A stretch of 64,000 nucleotides of DNA from Eledone cirrhosa (GCA_964016885.1 OZ024742.1:69998001-70062000), one strand, 5' to 3'. Numbered from the stretch's first letter, positions 14,662 to 31,951 are shown. Notes: generated from the letters alone by a model not told the origin. Made by a program: numbers and translations.

Positions 14662-17630
14662 TTCAATAGACTTTCATAGCTGTCTTAGTGGACTAGCTGT
14701 AGGTATTAGAGACTGTGGATGTCTTGGGTTCAATAGACTTTCATAGCTGTCTTAGTGGACTAGCTGTAGGTATTAGAGACTGTGGATGTCTTGGGCTCAA
14801 TAGACTTTCATAGCTGTCTTAGTGGACTAGCTGTAGGTATTAGAGACTGTGGATGTCTTGGGTTCAATAGACTTTCATAGCTGTCTTAGTGGACTAGCTG
14901 TAGGTATTAGAGACTGTGGATGTCTTGGGTTCAATAGACTTTCATAGCTGTCTTAGTGGACTAGCTGTAGGTATTAGAGACTGTGGATGTCTTGGGTTCA
15001 ATAGACTTTCATAGCTGTCTTAGTGGACTAGCTGTAGGTATTAGAGACTGTGGATGTCTTGGGCTCAATAGACTTTCATAGCTGTCTTAGTGGACTAGCT
15101 GTAGGTATTAGAGACTGTGGATGTCTTGGGTTCAATAGACTTTCATAGCTGTCTTAGTGGACTAGCTGTAGGTATTAGAGACTGTGGGTGTCTTGGGTTC
15201 AATAGACTTTCATAGCTGTCTTAGTGGACTAGCTGTAGGTATTAGAGACTGTGGATGTCTTGGGTTCAATAGACTTTCATAGCTGTCTTAGTGGACTAGC
15301 TGTAGGTATTAGAGACTGTGGATGTCTTGGGTTCAATAGACTTTCATAGCTGTCTTAGTGGACTAGCTGTAGGTATTAGAGACTGTGGATGTCTTGGGTT
15401 CAATAGACTTTCATAGCTGTCTTAGTGGACTAGCTGTAGGTATTAGAGACTGTGGATGTCTTGGGTTCAATAGACTTTCATAGCTGTCTTAGTGGACTAG
15501 CTGTAGGTATTAGAGACTGTGGATGTCTTGGGTTCAATAGACTTTCATAGCTGTCTTAGTGGACTAGCTGTAGGTATTAGAGACTGTGGGTGTCTTGGGT
15601 TCAATAGACTTTCATAGCTGTCTTAGTGGACTAGCTGTAGGTATTAGAGACTGTGGATGTCTTGGGTTCAATAGACTTTCATAGCTGTCTTAGTGGACTA
15701 GCTGTAGGTATTAGAGACTGTGGATGTCTTGGGTTCAATAGACTTTCATAGCTGTCTTAGTGGACTAGCTGTAGGTATTAGAGGACTGTGGATGTCTTGG
15801 GTTCAATAGACTTTCATAGCTGTCTTAGTGGACTAGCTGTAGGTATTAGAGACTGTGGATGTCTTGGGTTCAATAGACTTTCATAGCTGTCTTAGTGGAC
15901 TAGCTGTAGGTATTAGAGACTGTGGATGTCTTGGGTTCAATAGACTTTCATAGCTGTCTTAGTGGACTAGCTGTAGGTATTAGAGACTGTGGGTGTCTTG
16001 GGTTCAATAGACTTTCATAGCTGTCTTAGTGGACTAGCTGTAGGTATTAGAGACTGTGGATGTCTTGGGTTCAATAGACTTTCATAGCTGTCTTAGTGGA
16101 CTAGCTGTAGGTATTAGAGACTGTGGATGTCTTGGGTTCAATAGACTTTCATAGCTGTCTTAGTGGACTAGCTGTAGGTATTAGAGACTGTGGATGTCTT
16201 GGGTTCAATAGACTTTCATAGCTGTCTTAGTGGACTAGCTGTAGGTATTAGAGACTGTGGGTGTCTTGGGTTCAATAGACTTTCATAGCTGTCTTAGTGG
16301 ACTAGCTGTAGGTATTAGAGACTGTGGATGTCTTGGGTTCAATAGACTTTCATAGCTGTCTTAGTGGACTAGCTGTAGGTATTAGAGACTGTGGATGTCT
16401 TGGGTTCAATAGACTTTCATAGCTGTCTTAGTGGACTAGCTGTAGGTATTAGAGACTGTGGATGTCTTGGGTTCAATAGACTTTCATAGCTGTCTTAGTG
16501 GACTTAGCTGTAGGTATTAGAGACTGTGGATGTCTTGGGTTCAATAGACTTTCATAGCTGTCTTAGTGGACTAGCTGTAGGTATTAGAGACTGTGGGTGT
16601 CTTGGGTTCAATAGACTTTCATAGCTGTCTTAGTGGACTAGCTGTAGGTATTAGAGACTGTGGATGTCTTGGGTTCAATAGACTTTCATAGCTGTCTTAG
16701 TGGACTAGCTGTAGGTATTAGAGACTGTGGATGTCTTGGTTCAATAGACTTTCATAGCTGTCTTAGTGGACTAGCTGTAGGTATTAGAGACTGTGGATGT
16801 CTTGGGCTCAATAGACTTTCATAGCTGTCTTAGTGGACTAGCTGTAGGTATTAGAGACTGTGGATGTCTTGGTTCAATAGACTTTCATAGCTGTCTTAGT
16901 GGACTAGCTGTAGGTATTACTAGCTGTAGGTATTAGAGACTGTGGATGTCTTGGGTTCAATAGACTTTCATAGCTGTCTTAGTGGACTAGCTGTAGGTAT
17001 TAGAGACTGTGGATGTCTTGGGTTCAATAGACTTTCATAGCTGTCTTAGTGGACTAGCTGTAGGTATTAGAGACTGTGGATGTCTTGGGTTCAATAGACT
17101 TTCATAGCTGTCTTAGTGGACTAGCTGTAGGTATTAGAGACTGTGGGTGTCTTGGGTTCAATAGACTTTCATAGCTGTCTTAGTGGACTAGCTGTAGGTA
17201 TTAGAGACTGTGGGTGTCTTGGGTTCAATAGACTTTCATAGCTGTCTTAGTGGACTAGCTGTAGGTATTAGAGACTGTGGATGTCTTGGGTTCAATAGAC
17301 TTCATAGCTGTCTTAGTGGACTAGCTGTAGGTATTAGAGACTGTGGGTGTCTTGGGTTCAATAGACTTTCATAGCTGTCTTAGTGGACTAGCTGTAGGTA
17401 TTAGAGACTGTGGGTGTCTTGGGTTCAATAGACTTTCATAGCTGTCTTAGTGGACTAGCTGTAGGTATTAGAGACTGTGGATGTCTTGGGTTCAATAGAC
17501 TTTCATAGCTGTCTTAGTGGACTAGCTGTAGGTATTAGAGACTGTGGGTGTCTTGGGTTCAATAGACTTTCATAGCTGTCTTAGTGGACTAGCTGTAGGT
17601 ATTAGAGACTGTGGATGTCTTGGGTTCAAT
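14662..17630 (+). repeat. Tandem satellite, 67-bp unit x ~44, tRNA-head derived
   Basis: Unit TTCAATAGACTTTCATAGCTGTCTTAGTGGACTAGCTGTAGGTATTAGAGACTGTGGATGTCTTGGG; period 67 (14664 to 14731); few variants. Confidence 0.97.
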
Positions 17631-17715
17631 CCTGGTCGAGTGGTAAATGTAATCTTTTTCAGTTTTTATTTTACATCCCATAGAAAAAAAAATGAAAAAG
17701 CTTACCGGGAACACT

Positions 17716-17792
17716 ACTCCCGACCAAATTCGAACTCCAGACCAGGATCACCACCATCTATGACTCCTCCGACTAGGCCGCCGAGACAGTTA
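17716..17792 (-). mobile_element. tRNA-like SINE head paralogous to the satellite unit
   Basis: Minus strand AACTGTCTCGGCGGCCTAGTCGGAGG...GAGTTCGAATTTGGTCGG vs satellite AGCTGTCTTAGTGGACTAGCTGTAGG...GGTTCAATCCTGGTCG. Confidence 0.6.
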
Positions 17793-17942
17793 CCGCAGTA
17801 TAATAAAAATTAATAATTATAAACCTACTTTCAAAATCAAAGTTTAAAAGGTGTGGTGTCGTTCATGGCTTTCTTAGAGCTATTAGTCATATTTAGGGTC
17901 GACTTGTCAATCTTCTGGTTCTTTGATAACAACCCTATTATT

Positions 17943-18062
17943 CCTATGTGTGTTTAAGTTGCATTAATTTAATTTGATTATTTTAAGAAACAAATAATAT
18001 ATATATTATTTGTTTCTTAAAATAATCAAATTAAATTAATTCAACAGTTAAACACACATAGG
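17943..18062. repeat. AT-rich palindrome (~58-bp arms)
   Basis: CCTATGTGTGTTTAA...TTAAACACACATAGG centred on TA at ~18001. Confidence 0.85.
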
Positions 18063-18155
18063 TACCGTTGCCCGGGGAAACCTACTCTGTTGTTATATCT
18101 GTATGACTAAAGATATAACTTTATCGTACACGTCGGCTGCTACTAACGCACATCT

Positions 18156-18280
<125 letters not shown>

Positions 18281-18302
18281 TTTCTCTCTCTCTCTATCTA
18301 TA

Positions 18303-18911
18303 TGGTGGCTGCCAACTCGTTTTCGAGTACGGTCACTACTTTATATCCATGTAGGAGAACCCCTACAGATGCGCTGAACGAGTGTGACTTTTTAGTCCAG
18401 CCAGCGATTTGAAAACTCTGGTACAAACACTACACTTGTGACAATTATTGACACATAGTGCTGGGCCCACGGTACCATGTGACGACAAGTGCAGAGAGAT
18501 CTCCAGATATAAAGCAATGCCTGTGCCGTGAAGCTTTTATAGTGAGCAAAGGCACTGCACAAAGCCAGTCCCACTCTCTTAACCAAGATGATATTTACCA
18601 AAAAGAAGAACAAATCAACATCATTGGATACCATCAGGGTTGCAAGTGTTATATCAGAGTTTTCCTTCTCCTAGAATTCTGCCTTGACAAAAGCTAAGGG
18701 GTCATCTCTCCCAGTGATTTTGGATGGCCATTGACTCTTAAGAGCTCCTTAGCCCTTTGACAGGTATTGTTTTTAGTCCTGCAGGATGTCCAAAGTCACC
18801 CTCCTCACCAAGAAACATTGGTGGGGTTGCCAGTTTAGTCGCCAACGACCTGACCATGAGACAGGTTGTACTGGGATACATGTTACCAGTAGCACCAACT
18901 GGTGACCTGAC
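18303..18911 (-). mobile_element. Non-autonomous bipartite RTE-derived retroelement (~610 bp)
   Basis: Near-identical to 62486-63095; 3' part encodes a C2H2-finger remnant. Confidence 0.7.
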
Positions 18912-18974
18912 ACATATATATCTATATATCTATATATATATATATATATATACATACATACATATATATATATA

Positions 18975-19012
<38 letters not shown>

Positions 19013-19099
19013 TGGTTCCTATTACCCACTCTACTACCCCAAGTATTGAGTACTTTGGTGCGTTATGGTCCACCTGGTTCCTTACCACATTTCCTTCGT

Positions 19100-19909
<810 letters not shown>

Positions 19910-19924
19910 TATAGTCTAAAGTTC

Positions 19925-20120
19925 GTCTCGAACCCGGAGGCTCATCAGGTGGTACTTATCCCGGTTTCATTGCATGAAGCAACTGAGAGTACAATACTCC
20001 CCGACGGACAGGACGCCAGTCCATCGCAGGGTTAAACTCCCAGCTTTTGGTAGTACACATTTTCAGTTGAGTATTCTGGAGCAACGGGAAATGAAGAGTT
20101 TTGCTCAAGAAGACAACACA
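19925..20120 (-). mobile_element. SINE fragment (V/Meta-domain-like)
   Basis: Minus strand TCTTGAGCAAAACTC...CCTGCGATGGACTGGCGTCCTGTCC. Confidence 0.5.
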
Positions 20121-20209
20121 CACACACACAAATATATATATATGTGTATCTGTGTGTGTGTATACATATATATATATATATATAAACACATATATATACT
20201 GTATATATA

Positions 20210-20271
<62 letters not shown>

Positions 20272-20294
20272 CACATATATATACTGTATATATA

Positions 20295-20329
<35 letters not shown>

Positions 20330-20400
20330 ACATATATATACTGTATATATAAAGATATATATATATATATATAAACACATATATATATACTGTATATATA

Positions 20401-20461
<61 letters not shown>

Positions 20462-20485
20462 ACATATATATATACTGTATATATA

Positions 20486-23000
<2,515 letters not shown>

Positions 23001-23002
23001 TA

Positions 23003-23163
23003 ATTGTTTCTACTTTAGGCACAAGACCAGCAATTACCCTGTACATTACTGGTACTTTATTTTATCGACTCCGTTAGGATGAAAGGCAAAGTTAACCTCG
23101 GCGGGATTTGAACTCAGACTGTAATTGTAATTAATGATAGCAGGAGAATGAAGTGGATACCTC

Positions 23164-23236
<73 letters not shown>

Positions 23237-23430
23237 CCTTGATCACCTTGATCACCTTGACCGGCCAGACTGTCGGGCCAATCGGCGCAGCTGGTCACAG
23301 CACGTCGTGCTGTTTTAGCCATAAGATAACTGTTTCTACTTTAGGCACAAGGCCAGCAAATTACCCAGTGCATTACTGGTACTTTATTTTATCGACCCCG
23401 TAAGGATGAAAGGCAAAGTCAACCTCGGCC
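23003..23430 (-). mobile_element. Two SINE-A 3' fragments (23003-23120, 23328-23430)
   Basis: Reverse complement of SINE-A core. Confidence 0.8.
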
Positions 23431-23445
23431 CATATATATATAGAA

Positions 23446-23484
<39 letters not shown>

Positions 23485-23711
23485 ATATATATGTGGTAGC
23501 ATGTTACTACGTCCGTCTCTGGGTCAAAAACATAGCACACACTTTCTCCTCCCTGTTTTTTCTTTGTTTGTTTTCTTAAAGCTTACCATCATTCTGTTGG
23601 TATACATCTATTACGCAATTTACACCTGATGAGGCCGCTGGAATGTGCATAGTGTTTACAATAATAAAAAATTAAGGAAATTCAACATATTTGGCCTCCT
23701 GTCATTTCACT

Positions 23712-23901
<190 letters not shown>

Positions 23902-23952
23902 AATATAGATGATATTCTACAGGACTAGAACTGTTTCATTCTTTAGAAATCA

Positions 23953-24001
23953 GATTCCTGATGATTTCTAAAGAATGAAACAGTTCTAGTTCTGTAGAAT
24001 C
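23953..24001 (+). ncRNA. Type I HHR inside a ~115-bp foldback (23900-24016)
   Basis: gattc-CTGATGA-t ttc taaa gaa t-GAAA-cag ttctagtt ctg-TA-gaatc; stem II closing pair is U.U. Confidence 0.6.
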
Positions 24002-24061
24002 TCATCTATATTAAAACTTTTATACTCTGCTATGTATTGAGTACCTTACTTACTCCTTCGT

Positions 24062-24178
<117 letters not shown>

Positions 24179-24414
24179 TATATAATATTTTGAGAATAAG
24201 CTCTCAGTCCTTTACAATAATTAAGCTCCAGGAAAGGGGCATTTCCGAGCAGTTAAATACATTAAAATATATGATAAACACAAAACGTGTTTGCATTGCA
24301 ACAGACAGTCAGCTATTAATGAAATAAACTAATTAATGTGAATACAATTTGTCTGTCTCGATATAAGTCAATAAAGACAAGCTTTGACTGTCTGTTGCAA
24401 TGCAAATATTGCAA

Positions 24415-25278
24415 TATATATATATTACACACACAGAAATGTATATATGTATTTCTGTGTGTATATATATATTACACACACAGAAATGTATATATATTTC
24501 TGTGTGTATATATATATATTACACACACAGAAATGTATATATATTTCTGTGTGTGTATATATATATATATTACACACACAGAAATGTATATATATTTCTT
24601 AGAACAAAATTATTATTAATGTTTTGCTGTTCATAACAATTGGAATTGAAAAATTACTTTTGAAATTATTAGTTATTTTACTATTGTAAAAATGAAGCAA
24701 TGTTTCTAATAATTGTTTCTACTTTTGGCACAAGGCCAGCAATTACCCAGTACATTACTGGTACTTTATTTTATCGACCCCGTGAGGATGAAAGGCAAAG
24801 TTAACCTCGGCGGTATTTGAACTCAGACCGTAAAGGGACGTAACTCCATGCTATGAAGCATGGTGTCCGACTCTCTACAGATTCTGCCAATCCACCGCCC
24901 TAATGTCTGTACGTAATGAGGGAGTGAGAGGGGAGAGAAAGAAAGGCAGAGGTGAAGTGACGAAGTGACTCTCTCCTCCTCCTCCTCCTCCATCTCCCCA
25001 TTTGTCACAGCGATAGAGGGGAGGAATGTTAGTGTGTTACAAAGAGAAAGAGTAAGAGTGAGAGAAACAGACAGACTAAAAGAGAGGGATAGCTGGAGAG
25101 AGAGAGAGAGATAGCAACAGATACAGTACAGTAGCTAAGGGATGTATATATATTTCTGTGTGTATATATATATACATTTCTGTGTGTGTAATATATATAT
25201 ATACACAGAAATATATATACATTTCTGTGTGTGTAATATATATATATATATACACACACGGAAATATATATATATTTC

Positions 25279-25309
<31 letters not shown>

Positions 25310-25335
25310 TACACACACAGAAATGTATATATATT

Positions 25336-25382
<47 letters not shown>

Positions 25383-25490
25383 CACACACAGAAATGTATA
25401 TATATTTCTGTGTATATATATATATATTTCTGTGTGTGTATATATATATATATTACACACACACAGAAATGTATATATGTTTCTGTAGCA
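24415..25490. repeat. ~38-bp self-complementary minisatellite blocks (24415-24598, 25140-25490) flanking a SINE-A (24712-24902, -)
   Basis: Unit ACACACAGAAATGTATATATATTTCTGTGTGT occurs in both orientations. Confidence 0.8.
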
Positions 25491-26152
25491 CTCCTCAATT
25501 CCCCCCTCTCTCCCTCCCGCTATCCCCCTCTTGTAGTCTCTCTCTCTACGCGTGCGCAAAAAACATTCGCACGCGCGCACATGTTTCCACTGTCGGACAG
25601 ACAGACAGAGAAATTGCTGGTTATATATTATAAGGAGATAACAATAAACCTGTGTAACTCTGGATGGATACTACACACGAGCACGCACTCAAACACACAC
25701 ATACATACACACATACACATACATACATGCCCACACATACATACATACATACATACATACATACATACATACATACATGCATACATACATACATACATAC
25801 ATACATACATACATACACAGATACACATACATACATACACACACACATACATACACATACATACATACATATATGCACACACACACATAGATACATACAT
25901 ACACAGATACACATACGTACATACATGTAAACATACATAGACATGGACACACTACGTGCGTACACAGATGTACATTTAAATACATAGATAGACACACATG
26001 GCACTCACGATTTATAACGATAACTGTTTCAACACACGATTTCACATAAACAATCTTGCAAAAGTAATACAAAAGCGAATTATATATATATATATAATAT
26101 ACGTATATTAATTCAAAATATTAACAAAAATAGACATTCGTGTGATCAAGTA

Positions 26153-26219
26153 TATTTTATTATACATATTTCAGAGGTACTGAGCTATCTTCAACAGTAC
26201 GTCCTCATCAGATAAAATA
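26153..26219 (-). ncRNA. Type I hammerhead ribozyme
   Basis: Reverse complement of 26328-26394. Confidence 0.8.
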
Positions 26220-26327
26220 AGATGATGCATGACATACCCTGACTTAGTAGATGGTTAAGATTCAGTCATGGTAGTCTATGACTGAATCTTAACCATCTAC
26301 TAAGTCAGGGTATGTCATGCATCATCT

Positions 26328-26394
26328 TATTTTATCTGATGAGGACGTACTGTTGAAGATAGCTCAGTACCTCTGAAATATGTATAATAAAATA
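26328..26394 (+). ncRNA. Type I hammerhead ribozyme
   Basis: tattttat-CTGATGA-ggac gtactg..cagtac ctct-GAAA-tatgta-TA-ataaaata. Confidence 0.8.
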
Positions 26395-26689
26395 TACTTG
26401 ATCACACGAATGTCTATTTTTGTTAATATTTGGAATTAATATTAATAACTCTGGAAAACCAACAACTGTTGAGTGCTTCCAATCTATCGTAAAACTCATT
26501 CTTTGATTTATTCATTGAAAATTGTTTAACCTTTAAATATAATATACGTATATATATATATTTGGTATACAAGGATGTAATTCGCTTCAAGCACTTGACT
26601 TCTTTAAAATATGGATGACGGAGTATATTTATAAAGAAGAAGTTCGTGGTGCGTTATGGTTCATCTGGTTCCTTACCACAATTCCTTTG

Positions 26690-26750
<61 letters not shown>

Positions 26751-27043
26751 AAAACAAGATGGCGTAGGACAGAACAAAGGAGAGGCACAAAACAAAGACA
26801 AGAATCCCCAGTCACTGAAGAGGTCACATAATGTGTGCGAAAGAACTTTGACAATATATGAACAACCGCCCGGTCGTGCAACCAACCAACCAACCGGAAA
26901 TTTATGAATTTTTAAATTTATCAATTTAATTTATAATAAATTGGAGTGAAAGCAACTGGTGCGTGTGTTTCTTATTGGCAACATGACCCTCCCAAGGTAT
27001 AACAATATCGGTTTCAATACACGTTTTATATATATACACATAA

Positions 27044-27136
<93 letters not shown>

Positions 27137-27403
27137 TATACATATATATACATATACATATGCGTGTAGGGATATATACTTTATTATTATTATCCTCCTC
27201 TTGGTCGAGATAAAATTTGGTCGTTCTGACTGCTGCTATTTATAGTGGTAGTAGACTGACCTCCCTGCCTCTGCTTCTATCTTTACACACGGCACTTGAC
27301 AGAATTGCTTCCACATCATTCATTCTCATCTCGGGAACAATTTTGAATAGCGCCAGTTCGTAATTTGAACTTGGGAATTTTATATTCTCCGAGTGAAAAC
27401 AAC

Positions 27404-27486
27404 CTTCTGACGAGAGTTTATCTTTTCAATGGAAGGCCGCAAGGACTGTCCATTTATTTTTGAGACTCGAAACCGATTCGGTAAAG
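27404..27486 (+). ncRNA. Type I hammerhead ribozyme, extended stem II
   Basis: ctt-CTGACGA-gagttt...agactc-GAAA-ccg att cgg-TA-aag; GUA site; stem I only 3 bp. Confidence 0.65.
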
Positions 27487-27620
27487 ATAACCATAGTGAG
27501 TTCAGTGAATCTTTTAAAATTTATTTTGAAACTTTTTCTTATTTGCTAAACCTTGATTATATATACATATATATATACATATACAAATATATACATATAT
27601 ATATATATACATATATATAC

Positions 27621-27733
<113 letters not shown>

Positions 27734-27748
27734 GATGAGTATTGACGT

Positions 27749-27839
<91 letters not shown>

Positions 27840-27945
27840 ATACATATACATATACATATATATATACATATATATATATATACATATATATTGAAAGCAA
27901 CTGGTGCGTGTGTTTCTTATTGGAAACATGATCCTCCCAAAGAAT

Positions 27946-28024
<79 letters not shown>

Positions 28025-28057
28025 TACATATATATACTACTTATATGTGTATATATG

Positions 28058-28106
<49 letters not shown>

Positions 28107-28108
<2 letters not shown>

Positions 28109-28212
28109 GGGTGTCCCAAAGAAAACGGGATACATACTTCAACAGCATTCTAATAAATATTGCCTGTACAGGTATTCCACGTGTGTATACATTTTTGGGG
28201 GATACCCATATA
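28107..28212. mobile_element. Small Tc1/mariner-type MITE
   Basis: TAGGGTGTCCCAAA ... TTTGGGGGATACCCATA imperfect TIRs in TA context; reverse relative at ~36865-36930. Confidence 0.5.
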
Positions 28213-29272
28213 CATTTTGGGTGTGTGTGTGTGTGTGGGGGGGGGGTATACCCTATATACACATTGCGCAATTTGGATTGTTGAGTTAGGATTCACAGAA
28301 ACCAATCGAAGATATTTTATGATATCTATCGTAAAGGTCCAGATTCGTATTAACCTGTTTGTATTTTCATTGTTGTATTTTCATTTTGTGGCATTCTTTA
28401 CATAGCCGCAGTTATCAATTTGTCACACCTTTAACGTAAGTTTATTACTCTAAGATTTAACTTATTGATTTATCGATATCATCTTATTGCGTGCTCGTGC
28501 AAGCTTCTGGGGATTGTTCTTTCGAGAGATGCTACCCGAAGCTGCAACTTCGAAATGAGGCTTTTTTTTTAAATGAAAAAAAAACGAGATGTCCTACACA
28601 TAAGGAAAAAAGATGAAATCGAAAATGGAACTGGAGTCTTTTTAAGAATATTTATTTGCTTCCTTTACCGGTTTCACAGTTCTTATGCTTTTCAAAAGTA
28701 GAATTGAGATGGGGGGTTTGTGTTTTTTCTCGCATCTGGTTAGTGTTCGAATGTTACTTCTGTTTTATGTGGAAAAAAGTGGCTCGAAATGCTAGGTTTT
28801 TAGAAAAGTAATTTGGTTGGTTGATGACTGTCACGTGAATAAGAATAATAAATTTCGCGCCAGTTCCCTTTACAGAGTTCTTATTGTATTTGCCTTTAAA
28901 AAAGGGAGGGGGAGCTCAGATTGTTTTTTTCATATATGAGTGAAATTTGGTTGGTTGATGCAGTCACGTGAATAAGCACATCAACTTTCGGTAAAGGAAA
29001 CAAATAAATATTCTTAAAAAGACTCCAGTTGCATTTTCGATTTTATCTTATATATATATATATTTGACAATATATGAACAACCGTCCGGTTGTGGAACCA
29101 ACCAGCCGGAAATATATAAATTTTTAAATTTATAAATTTAATTTATAATAAATTGGAGTGAAAGCAACTGGTGTGTATGTTTCTTATTGGCAACATGACC
29201 CTCCCAAAGTATAACAATATCGGTTTCAACACACGTTTTCAGATAAAGAATCTTGCTAAACAAATTCAGAAA

Positions 29273-29356
<84 letters not shown>

Positions 29357-29620
29357 TTATTTATTAAAATAACAGATTAAAGTTTAAGCAAAGAATTGCT
29401 GCTTTCACCCTTAACGGGGTGTAATATGTATGTATGTATAATTATCAAAGGGGTGTGGTAAGATAACAGATGGACCATAACCAACCAGAGTACTCGATAC
29501 TTGGGGTAGTAGAGTGGGTAATATGAAAAGATTCAGGACTCCGACGGGTGACCTCCGGCCGTTACGACAGCTATATCCAAACTGAGTTCGGATCTAGCCG
29601 TCAAATAATATCGATATAAG

Positions 29621-29672
<52 letters not shown>

Positions 29673-29696
29673 CTTATATCGATATTATTTGGGCAG

Positions 29697-29818
29697 CCAC
29701 TGATGAGTTTATAAGAGCCCGCTTGTGTATAAAACTATGGATTATATACAAGTTTCTACATAACCTGGAAATTATTTATACCAAATTGTAGAAATCTTAT
29801 AACGAAACGGCCGTCTGG
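29697..29818 (+). ncRNA. Type I HHR with branched ~97-nt stem II and palindromic stem III
   Basis: cca-CTGATGA-gtttataaga[two hairpins]tcttataac-GAAA-cggccg-TC-tgg; GUC site. Confidence 0.7.
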
Positions 29819-30002
29819 AAGGAAAGAGATATTTATTTAATAATGTCTCATATAAAATAAGGCAACCAACTATCCACGAAATACTGATTAGTTAGCACCC
29901 CAAACACTAAATTGGGAAAATACTTAGGTATATCCTAATGTTTGTTGAGTGAGATGGAGTTGGTCAGAGTATCGCTTAAGGCTTTCTCTGTTTATGTATT
30001 GA

Positions 30003-30061
<59 letters not shown>

Positions 30062-30063
30062 AA

Positions 30064-30492
30064 CGATCGACTTTCATCAAATCGGACCGAGGAAACTATG
30101 TTTCCGTTGGTCTTTCCAATTGCTAATACTATCTATCGGTCGCAACTCCAGGTAGAAGGAGCAACGTGAAATAATGTGTCTTGCTCAAGGACATAACGCA
30201 TCACCTGGTCCAAGAATCGAACTCACAGCCTTAGGATTGCGAATCCAATTCTCTAACCACTCAGCCACACGCCTTCACTGAAGGCGTGTGGCTGAGTGGT
30301 TAGAGTATTGGATTCACAATCGTGAGGTTGTGAGTTCGATTCCTGAACCAGGCGATGCGTTATGTCCTTGAGCAAGACACTTTATTTCACGTTGCTCCTT
30401 CTACCTGGAGTTGCGACCGATAGATAGTATTAGCAATTGGAAAGACCAACGGAAACATAGTTTCCTCGGTCCGATTTGACGAAAGTCGATCG
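30064..30492. mobile_element. Palindromic element of two head-to-head SINE-B heads plus a shared ~90-bp tail
   Basis: Centre GCCTTCA-C-TGAAGGC at 30278; flanked by (TA)n. Confidence 0.85.
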
Positions 30493-30496
30493 ACTA

Positions 30497-30555
<59 letters not shown>

Positions 30556-30681
30556 TAAAGCGCTATTTAATTTGCTGGTTATTCAACAAATTTATTTATA
30601 ACAGATTCGAAACACTCTACAGGATTCTTCTGGGGTATCAATGATATTAATACATGGAAAGTATCTTTATAAAACCATATT

Positions 30682-30742
30682 TATTTTATTATATATATTT
30701 CAAGGGTACCAACATTTTGGTATGATCTCATCAGATAAAATA
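30682..30742 (-). ncRNA. Type I HHR in a monomeric unit (30560-30775)
   Basis: tattttat-CTGATGA-gatcataccaa..ttggtaccctt-GAAA-tatata-TA-ataaaata. Confidence 0.75.
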
Positions 30743-30819
30743 CAAAAATTGTTTTATAAATATTGACATATCCAAATATATATATAATAAAATAAATAAT
30801 AAATATGTATTAATATCAT

Positions 30820-30872
<53 letters not shown>

Positions 30873-30983
30873 TGGGGAGGGTCATATTTGTGTAATAATA
30901 TTGCCAGAATTAATAACAGAACACACTCACTGTTTCGACACACGATTTCATATCAAAAACTTCGCAAAACTAATTCATCGCCG

Positions 30984-31052
<69 letters not shown>

Positions 31053-31635
31053 TATATATATAATATATATACATATACATATACATATACATATATATAT
31101 GTGTGTGTGTTCCATCTTCATTTCCTCTGCTACCTCTCTTCATCCTTAACACTACTACTTCAACTAGTACTCCCACCATCGCCCCCTACGCTGTCTATCA
31201 TCATTTCCCCTCGTCATTTTATATATCGTCCTACAAACAAGGGAAGGGTGCGAGGGAAGGGGCGTTTAAACTCCTCAGTCCGTGACAAACGCTTTCGTTG
31301 TATTGTCCATACAAACGTGACCCTTGTGAGGGTCCTCAAGTAATTATTACGGAGCTATTCCCCAGGTCCTTAAGAGCTGATGTCAATTGGCGTTGGCTGT
31401 TAGGGGGCGGTGTCGATGTTGAATCCTTGACGTTTCACCATTCACATTCAGTTACTGACCTCCGCATCTCACTGACGCCTTTATCTGCCTTTATCATCAC
31501 TGTCTCCACCACCATTCCCTTCATCATTATCATCATCATCGTCGTCATCAGCGGCGTAATCATCGTCGTCATTGTCATCGCCATTGACGTCGTAATCCTC
31601 ATCATCGTCATCACCACCATGACAACCACAACCAA

Positions 31636-31676
<41 letters not shown>

Positions 31677-31951
31677 CCATTATAGTTATCGTCATCATCA
31701 TTATAAGCACACCATCAATATGGATATAAATAAACAGTGTAAACTTTTGAAAAATCATCCACTGTTAGTTTGTTTTTTTGTTTTTGTTGTTGTTGTTTGT
31801 ATTTTTCTCTTGTGCTACAGATGATTTAGTATATCCAACTGATGAAACATATCTAAGAACATTTGCTCTTACTGTTGCTTTCAATACAGATGCCATTGCT
31901 GTTGCTTTCGATACAGTTACTATTGCTGTTGCTATTATTAATGCATCTGCA

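Larger units (their letters stand above)
26104..26443. mobile_element. Near-perfect foldback HHR unit
   Basis: ~165-bp arms centred ~26274; the right arm continues to ~26545, then (TA)n. Confidence 0.9.

Noticed and set aside
14662-17630. CRISPR array or retrozyme array
   Set aside because: No unique spacers, no cas genes, eukaryotic context, and no CUGANGA/GAAA core in the unit
23623-23655. acac-CTGATGA-ggccgct-GGAA-tgtgca-TA-gtgt
   Set aside because: No viable stem II and GAAA is mutated; probably a dead HHR
30279-30355. Functional tRNA gene
   Set aside because: Continues directly into a SINE body and lacks a proper acceptor stem; the same applies to SINE-A heads
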